A stretch of 64,000 nt of DNA from Polyangiales bacterium (GTDB lineage: Bacteria; Myxococcota_A; Polyangia; Polyangiales; JADJQN01), in assembly GCA_964202905.1 (NCBI GenBank), contig CAXNJO010000003.1:224001-288000 (forward strand). Reading direction: 5' to 3'. Shown here piece by piece: positions 58,027 to 64,000 of this stretch. The first letter of the stretch is position 1, and the number at the start of each line of letters is the position of its first letter. The notes beneath the pieces were generated by a model. It saw only the letters and a program-made list of their open reading frames with translations, was not told the DNA's origin and did not search any database. The translations under genes were made by a program, and so were the position numbers.

Positions 58027-58098
58027 GCGCCGCGAGACGGCGGAGGCGTGGCGCACGCGCTTGCCTCGCGCTGCACGCACGGCGCAGAGACGCCAGTC

Positions 58099-58810
58099 GT
58101 GGCGTGGCCCCCGCTGACACCGCTCACCCTCCGCGTGCTCGTGACGCTCTTCGTGGCGTTCGCAGCCCTCGCGCTCGCCGAGTCCGCGACGTCCCTGCCG
58201 CTCGCGGCCGTGCTTGCGCTCGACACGCGGAGCCTCGGCGTGCACACGGCCTGGCAGAGCGCTCGCGTGGCCCTTCGTGGTCCCCTTCCACGGCGGCGCG
58301 ATCCTCGACCTCGCGCTCGCCCTCTTCTTTGCGTACCTCGTGCTCGCGCCCTTCGACCTGCGCTACGGCGCGCGGCGCGCGCTCGCGCTCATCGCCCTCT
58401 GCACCGGCGGCGCGACGCTCGGCGCAATGCTCGGCGACAGCGTCTTCGCGATCGCCTTCCCGGGCCCGACGGCCGCGCTGCAGGGCACCGGGCCGATCGC
58501 GTGGGGGCTGCTCGTCGGGGGGCTCTTCGGGGCGCCTGGCGCGCGCATCCTGTTGTTCGGCCGCTTCGAGGCCCGCCGCTGGCAAGTCCTGCTCGGGGTG
58601 CTGCTCTTCACGCTGTTCCCGCTGCTGCAGACCCGCGGCGCGCTGAGCGCCGGTTTCTTCGCGACGTGGGGCTCCGTGGGCACCGCCGTGCTCTTCGCGC
58701 GCAGGCAGGCGCGGCCGCGCCCACGCCCGCCTGCGCTGCCTCGCACCGCGCCCCTCCGCGTGATCCGCGGCGGCCGCGACGACGACGCCCCCCCGCGCAC
58801 GCTGCACTGA
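58099..58810 (+). CDS. Rhomboid-like (DUF1751-type) membrane protein (frameshift ~58265)
   Basis: WPPLTP start, AWQ..WPFV, multiple TMs and an LRVIRGG...LH tail; no clear catalytic GxS. Confidence 0.6.
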
Positions 58811-58853
58811 GCGCGGCGCGCCTGCGCCATCCGAGGGCGCGGTCGAGAGCCCC

Positions 58854-59528
58854 TCAGCCGGCCTGCACCGCGAGCGCGCGCGCGAGGGCCTCGCCCACCG
58901 CTTCGGCCGACGCGGGGTTTTGTCCGGTGATGAGGTGGCCGTCCTCGACGAGAAGGACCTTCCAGTTCGCCCGCTTGCGGTAGATCGCGCCGGCCTCGAG
59001 CATCCGCTCCTCGAGCACGAAGGGGACGACGTCGAGGGTCTTCATGGCGACCTCCTCCTCGCGCGTGAAGCCCGTGACCTCGCGGCCCTCGAGGATACTG
59101 GCGCCATCGGCGCGCCGCACCCGCGCCAGCGCCGCGGGACCGTGGCAGACGGCCGCGACGGGCGCGCCACGCTCGAAGAGGGCCGCGGTGATCCGATGGC
59201 TCTCCGCGTCCTCCGTGAGGTCGAACAACAGGCCATAGCCACCCGGGAAGAACACGCCCGCGTAGTCCGCGGGGTCGATGTCGGCGAGGCGCAGCGTGGA
59301 CCGCAGCCGCGCGGCGAAGGTCGCGTCGGCGAGCATCGTGCGCGTCAGCGCGTCGGCGTCGGCGCCGTAACCCGGGATCTCGCCGCCCTTCGGTGACGCG
59401 AGCTCGTACGCGACGCCGGCGCGATCGAGCGCGTGCAGCGCGTGCGTGAGCTCGGGCAGGTACGTGCCATTCGGCTTGCCGGCGAGCTCACCGTGGTTGC
59501 TCGTGATGACCAGGACGCGTGCGGACAT
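58854..59528 (-). CDS. DJ-1/PfpI (Hsp31-like) class I glutamine amidotransferase-fold protein
   Basis: GTYLPEL, ASPKGG, FFPGGYG, AAVCHGPAAL and LITGQNPAS motifs. Confidence 0.92.
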   Translation of the reverse strand: MSARVLVITSNHGELAGKPNGTYLPELTHALHALDRAGVAYELASPKGGEIPGYGADADALTRTMLADATFAARLRSTLRLADIDPADYAGVFFPGGYGLLFDLTEDAESHRITAALFERGAPVAAVCHGPAALARVRRADGASILEGREVTGFTREEEVAMKTLDVVPFVLEERMLEAGAIYRKRANWKVLLVEDGHLITGQNPASAEAVGEALARALAVQAG

Positions 59529-59749
59529 GGCGGCTCCTTCGTGCAGGCGGGCATGGCGGGGACGTCCCCCGACACAGCCGCGCTCCGGGAGGGTCAAGCA
59601 CCTCTCGGAGTCCGCGCCGAGGATCGCCGCGTTGTGAACGTCCCCCAACACCCATTCAAGCGCGCGTGGTCGACGTTCAGCACGGCCGGCCGCGCACGGC
59701 ACCGCACCGCACCCGCGCGATGCGCCCCCGACGCCCAGAACCCGCCTCG

Positions 59750-59765
59750 TGGCACGCCTCGTGCT
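59750..59765 (+). promoter_or_regulatory. Putative sigma-54 promoter
   Basis: TGGCACG-CCTC-GTGCT with exact GG-N10-GC spacing, just upstream of ATG 59779. Confidence 0.55.
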
Positions 59766-59778
59766 CAGCCACGTCCCC

Positions 59779-60717
59779 ATGAACGCGCTGTGCCGCCCTG
59801 TGCCGATCCTACTCACGCTGCTCTCCCTCACGGCCTGCGCGGAGGCGCGCGTCACGCCACCGGCCGACGCGGGCACGCCCCCCTCGGACGCAGCGGCGCC
59901 CGATGGATCCGCACGCGACGCCGCGACGCCCGACGCGGACCTCCCCGACACCGGGACGCCTGACGCGGCAGTTCCCGACGCCGGCTTGCTCTGCCCGCTC
60001 CTCCGGGCCAACGGCGTCTGCCTCGAGACCACGATCGTCCCTGCGGGGCGCCCGTTCGAGCTGCCCTTCCAGCTCGACACCTGCGGCTGCTGCCCCTCGA
60101 CCGAGTGCGCGGTCGGCGTCGACCCCGCCACGCGGACGCTGCGCGTGACGACCACCTTCTGCGCGGATCCCTGCGACTGCGCGGCCTGCAACCCCGCCGT
60201 CGCGCGCTGCGCCTTCCCCGCGCTCGACGCCGGCACGTGGACGCTCGAGGTGAACGGCGAGCCCGCCTCACGCCTCGCGGTCGGCGCGGAGCCCGGCCTC
60301 GTCCCCGCGCCGGCGGCGTGCATCGACTTCGCCGAACTGACCACCTGCGAATCAGCCACACCGCTCGACGGCGCCCCGCAACGCGCGACGGACGTCTGCG
60401 TCACCTCCGACCGCGCACAGCGCCACATCGTGAATCTCGTCGACACCTGCGGCGGCTGCACGCTCGAGGGTCCCTGCGTCGTCACCGTCGAGAAGCGCTC
60501 AACCGACGATCTCCCGCCCGGCAACGAGATCCGCGTGAGCGCGACCCGCTACGAGAACGCGTGCATGCCCGCCTGTTTGGCCGTGTGCATGGAGACGACG
60601 CGCACCTGCATCCTGCCGCCGCTCGTCGAGGGAGAGACGCAGCGCGTCTACGTCGAAGGGCGCCCACCGTTCGTCTTCGTGTCCGGACGCGACGTGCGCG
60701 CCTGTTCGGGCGGCTGA
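59779..60717 (+). CDS. Cys-rich hypothetical lipoprotein
   Basis: Lipobox SLTAC, a PDA-repeat linker and two Cys-rich domains. Confidence 0.7.
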   Translation: MNALCRPVPILLTLLSLTACAEARVTPPADAGTPPSDAAAPDGSARDAATPDADLPDTGTPDAAVPDAGLLCPLLRANGVCLETTIVPAGRPFELPFQLDTCGCCPSTECAVGVDPATRTLRVTTTFCADPCDCAACNPAVARCAFPALDAGTWTLEVNGEPASRLAVGAEPGLVPAPAACIDFAELTTCESATPLDGAPQRATDVCVTSDRAQRHIVNLVDTCGGCTLEGPCVVTVEKRSTDDLPPGNEIRVSATRYENACMPACLAVCMETTRTCILPPLVEGETQRVYVEGRPPFVFVSGRDVRACSGG

Positions 60718-60845
60718 GCGTCGCCGTTCACAGACAGCCAGCCGGCTGGCTGTCCGAGCTCGCCGCGCGCGCTCGCGGCGCACGTCGTCGCCATCCACGG
60801 CCGCCTCGACGCGCACGACGACGACCGACCGCGCGCGACGCGGCG

Positions 60846-62124
60846 CTAGAACGTCCAGCCGGCGTGCGCGTGCGCGTGGTAGCCCTGATCGCGGCCGTCG
60901 AACGTCCCGTCGACCGTGCGAAAAGCGAGCGCATACGCCCGGTAGCCGCCCTCGACACGCCAGAGCAGGCCCGGCCCGACGACACCGCGCAAGGCGCACC
61001 GTGACGTCGAAGCCACGCACGTCGTGGTCTTCGCCGTAGAGCGCCTCGAGGTCGCCGACCGCGAAGGGCAGGCGCACGCCGCCTTCGGCCTCGAGCACGA
61101 GTGTGTCGCCGAGGACGCGCGCGGCGGCGAGCGCACCCGGCCGCACGTACGCATACGCGATCGTCGGCACCTGCTCGTTGAAAGGCAGCGCGTAGCGGTC
61201 CCAGCCGACGCCCGCGGCGAGCCCGAGCTCGAAGGCGTCGTCGAGGGTCACGCGCGCGCCGAGGTCGACGCTCGCGCTCGCGAACCACGAGTCGAGCGGC
61301 GCGCGCCCCGGCTCGGCCGGTCGAGAGCGCAGCCCCGCGGAGCTGGTCGCAGCCCCCCGCACGAAGAGCACGTCGACGAAGCGCGCCTCGGCCCCGAGCG
61401 CGAGCTCCACGAAGCCGGGCGCCGCGTAGCCCGCGTCCTCCCCGTTCGGCGCGATCAGCGTCACCGTCCGCGTGCGCACGCCCGCACCGAGCCACGCCGA
61501 GAGGGCGACGACCCGACGCGCCGAAGAATCTACACCATCCCGAGAGATGGTCTCTTGATCTCGCACGGCGACGGCGTCCTGCGCCGTGCGTCGCGCCGAC
61601 TCCGCTTCGGTCGCGTCGGTGTTCGCCGTCTCGGGTGGAGGGACGGACGCGGCGACGACGGGCGGCGGGAGCGCGGCGAGCCGGGCGACGAGCGCATCGA
61701 CGGCCTCGGCGAGCGCACGCGGCCCGCGCGCCGGACGCCGCACGCGCACCACCTCGCCGCCCGCGGCGTCGCGCGCGAAGAGGTCGAAGCGCCAGCGATC
61801 GCCGCGCCGGACGGCCTCGCCGCCGAGCACGGCCGCGACGCCCAGTCGCGCGCAGAGCGCCGCCGCCGCGTCGATCTCGTCGGCGATCGGCGCCGTGTCC
61901 TCGACGACGACGAACGCGCCGGCCGAGAGCGCCTCGCGGAGCCGTGTCGCCGCGTCCTCGTGACCGCGTCCGGAGAGCGCCGCGAGCGCGACACGCTGCT
62001 GCGCGTGCGCGCCGCCCGCGACGAAGAGCGCGCACGCGAGAGCGAGCACGCAGCCGAGGACGCGCGACGCGCGCACCGCGATCACGTCGCGCCATGCGCG
62101 CGCCCGACGCCCCGACGCGCGCAT
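60846..62124 (-). CDS. Secreted protein with C-terminal beta-barrel-like domain (frameshift ~60990)
   Basis: Signal ending AHA; amphipathic strands; ends HAHAGWTF in ORF 60846..61154; its ATG overlaps the DUF1501 stop. Confidence 0.6.
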
Positions 62125-63512
62125 CAGGTGCGGAGCAGCGCCGGGATCGGCGGCACGCGGAGATCGGCGGCGTCGTCGGTGAGGCCCGCGTCGACGAGCA
62201 GCGTGCGGAGGATGTGCTCCGGCCGGATCACCGCGCCGCCCGCGTCGACGCGCCCGGTCGCGAGGTCGACGGCCTGCGGCGACATCCCCACATCGCTCGA
62301 CGCGCCGATCACGGTGTTCCCGCGGATCTTCCCGCCGAGCGCGAAGCAGCTGTTGGTGAGCCAGTGGTCGCGGCCGCCGCGCGCGTTGAGGAGCGGCGTA
62401 CGCATGAACTCGCTGAAGCCGACGATCGTCGTGCGATCGAGGAACGACTCGCCGGTGTCCTTGTACGGCAGCTCGGCGAGGTGGGTCGCGAGCTTGGCGA
62501 TCGCGTCGAAGCCGCGCTGCTGCCGTGGGCCGTGTTCCGTTTGCCAGTCGTCGAAGTGCGTGTCGAGCCCGCCCGTCGCCTGCAGCGTGACGACACGGCT
62601 CACGCCGCTCGAGATGGCCTGCGCAGCGAGCGCCGCCTGCGCCTCGGGGCTGCGGAGATCGGTGGTGAAGCCATAGCGCGCGCGGAGCGCCTGCATCTCC
62701 GGCGTAGACGCGCCGAAGTTGAAGAGGGCCTGCACATCGGCCTCGAGCACCGCGCGCAGGCGCAGGCGCGACGACTCGGCCGCCCGCAGCGTCGGCGAGC
62801 CGTAGGCGCGCGCACACGCCGCGTCGTCAGCGAGGCGCATCGCGACGAGCGGATCGAGGGCCGGATCGAGCGTGGGATCCGCGCGGCGCAGCAGCGCGAC
62901 GAGGTCAGCCGCGTTCGACACGCGCACGGCCGATACCTCGACGGGCAGATCGGGGTTGAACGACTCGACGCCGACGGAGAGATTCGGCATGAGCGCCCCG
63001 TCGGGGAACTGCGCCGCGAGCCATGCGGAGCCGGATGCGCCCCGCGCGAGCAGCCCCGACGGCGGCCGACCCGTGAGGAAGCGACGACGCCCGACCTCGT
63101 GCGTGAGCGTGTCCATGCTCATGCCGCGGACCACCGCGAGCCGCTCCCAGTGGGCCGCGAGCCCGCCGATGTACGGGCCGAAGACCATCTCCGCGGCCGC
63201 ATCGGGCGAGGGCCGCACGAGCGCGAGGTCACGCGCGCGCTGCAGCTCGTACCCGGGCTGGATGCGCGTCGCGTCCATGCTGTCGGCGTCGAACACCGCC
63301 GGATCACGCGGGTCGAGACCGAGCAACACGTCCCATCCGCCCGAGAAATAGGCGAACACGTAGAAGCGCTCGTCGGCCTCCGGTCGATCCCCCGCGCGCG
63401 CGAGCCGCGCGAGCGTGCCGAGCCCACCCGCGCCGAGCGCCGCGGCGCCGCCCGCGAGGAGCATGCGCCCGAGGAATGTCCGCCTCCCCGTCCCTTGTCC
63501 GTGCTGGCTCAT
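62124..63512 (-). CDS. DUF1501-domain protein with Tat signal
   Basis: GRRTFL twin-Arg; FSGGWD, GLDTH, FSEFMRTP..NARGGRDH and GGKIRG motifs. Confidence 0.88.
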   Translation of the reverse strand: MSQHGQGTGRRTFLGRMLLAGGAAALGAGGLGTLARLARAGDRPEADERFYVFAYFSGGWDVLLGLDPRDPAVFDADSMDATRIQPGYELQRARDLALVRPSPDAAAEMVFGPYIGGLAAHWERLAVVRGMSMDTLTHEVGRRRFLTGRPPSGLLARGASGSAWLAAQFPDGALMPNLSVGVESFNPDLPVEVSAVRVSNAADLVALLRRADPTLDPALDPLVAMRLADDAACARAYGSPTLRAAESSRLRLRAVLEADVQALFNFGASTPEMQALRARYGFTTDLRSPEAQAALAAQAISSGVSRVVTLQATGGLDTHFDDWQTEHGPRQQRGFDAIAKLATHLAELPYKDTGESFLDRTTIVGFSEFMRTPLLNARGGRDHWLTNSCFALGGKIRGNTVIGASSDVGMSPQAVDLATGRVDAGGAVIRPEHILRTLLVDAGLTDDAADLRVPPIPALLRT

Positions 63513-63522
63513 GACGTCGGCC

Positions 63523-64000
63523 TCAGTAGGTGTAGAAGTCGGGGTGATCGACGAGGGCGACGCACACGGTCTCCCACGCGCGACGCGGCGGGAGATCGGG
63601 GCGATCCGGATCGGCCACGGATGCGGCGACCTCCGCGGACGCCCGCGTGTAGAGCGTGCGCCAGGGCGTGAGCGCCGGGCTCGTCGGCGCGACGCGGCGC
63701 CCGTGGAAATTCAGGAGAAGCGCTGCGAGCGCCGCATCGACGTCCGCGGGCGCGGGGCCCTCGGCGTCGACGTCGACGGGCGCGAAGGTCCCGATGGGTG
63801 CATCGCCGCCCTCGCGATCGGCGACACGGCGACACACGTTGCGCGCCGCATCGTCGAGGAACTTCAGGAAGATCAACGACACGGCGCGATCCTCGGAGGT
63901 GCTGCTGACGTAGTCGGGCACGCCGAGCGAGTCGTCGAAGCGCACGAACTGGTTGGTCGTGCCGATGTCCCAGCCGATCCCGCCCGTCACGCGGCGCAGC
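63523..64000 (-). CDS. Hypothetical DUF1501-operon partner (partial, 5' end outside the window)
   Basis: Open frame to the window end; ends AWETVCVALVDHPDFYTY, 10 nt upstream of the DUF1501 gene. Confidence 0.7.
   Translation of the reverse strand, partial: LRRVTGGIGWDIGTTNQFVRFDDSLGVPDYVSSTSEDRAVSLIFLKFLDDAARNVCRRVADREGGDAPIGTFAPVDVDAEGPAPADVDAALAALLLNFHGRRVAPTSPALTPWRTLYTRASAEVAASVADPDRPDLPPRRAWETVCVALVDHPDFYTY

Overview
A very GC-rich bacterial chromosomal segment. Gene content (MYXO-CTERM protein, many Cys-rich 'LxACG...DAG' lipoproteins, a CglD-like VWA lipoprotein, a DUF1501 operon) points to a myxobacterium, probably Polyangiales/Sandaracinaceae-like (inference). About 46 genes are supported. 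They include housekeeping genes (hrpB, ettA, metH, mutM, sucA, acyl-CoA ligase, desaturase, UDG), a BrnT/HTH toxin-antitoxin pair, a small exopolysaccharide cluster led by a diguanylate cyclase, and many secreted hydrolases and adhesins. About ten genes are split by frameshifts; those I traced are single extra bases, most likely long-read consensus errors. I recognised no rRNA, tRNA, CRISPR-cas, IS or prophage. The best candidate for an undescribed element is an unannotated ~110-nt sigma-54-driven small RNA at ~46820-46930. It has a near-consensus -24/-12 promoter, upstream enhancer-like repeats and two stem-loops that each display a C-rich loop (Pxr/RepG-like architecture). Other leads are a nuclease / Ca-repeat lipoprotein / beta-barrel / nuclease cluster (15.6-20.3 kb), a recurring palindrome over stop codons at convergent gene ends, a 7x24-bp hairpin array in a 5' leader, and a G11 tract in an adhesin signal peptide. 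All family assignments are from motif recognition by eye; no database searches were run.
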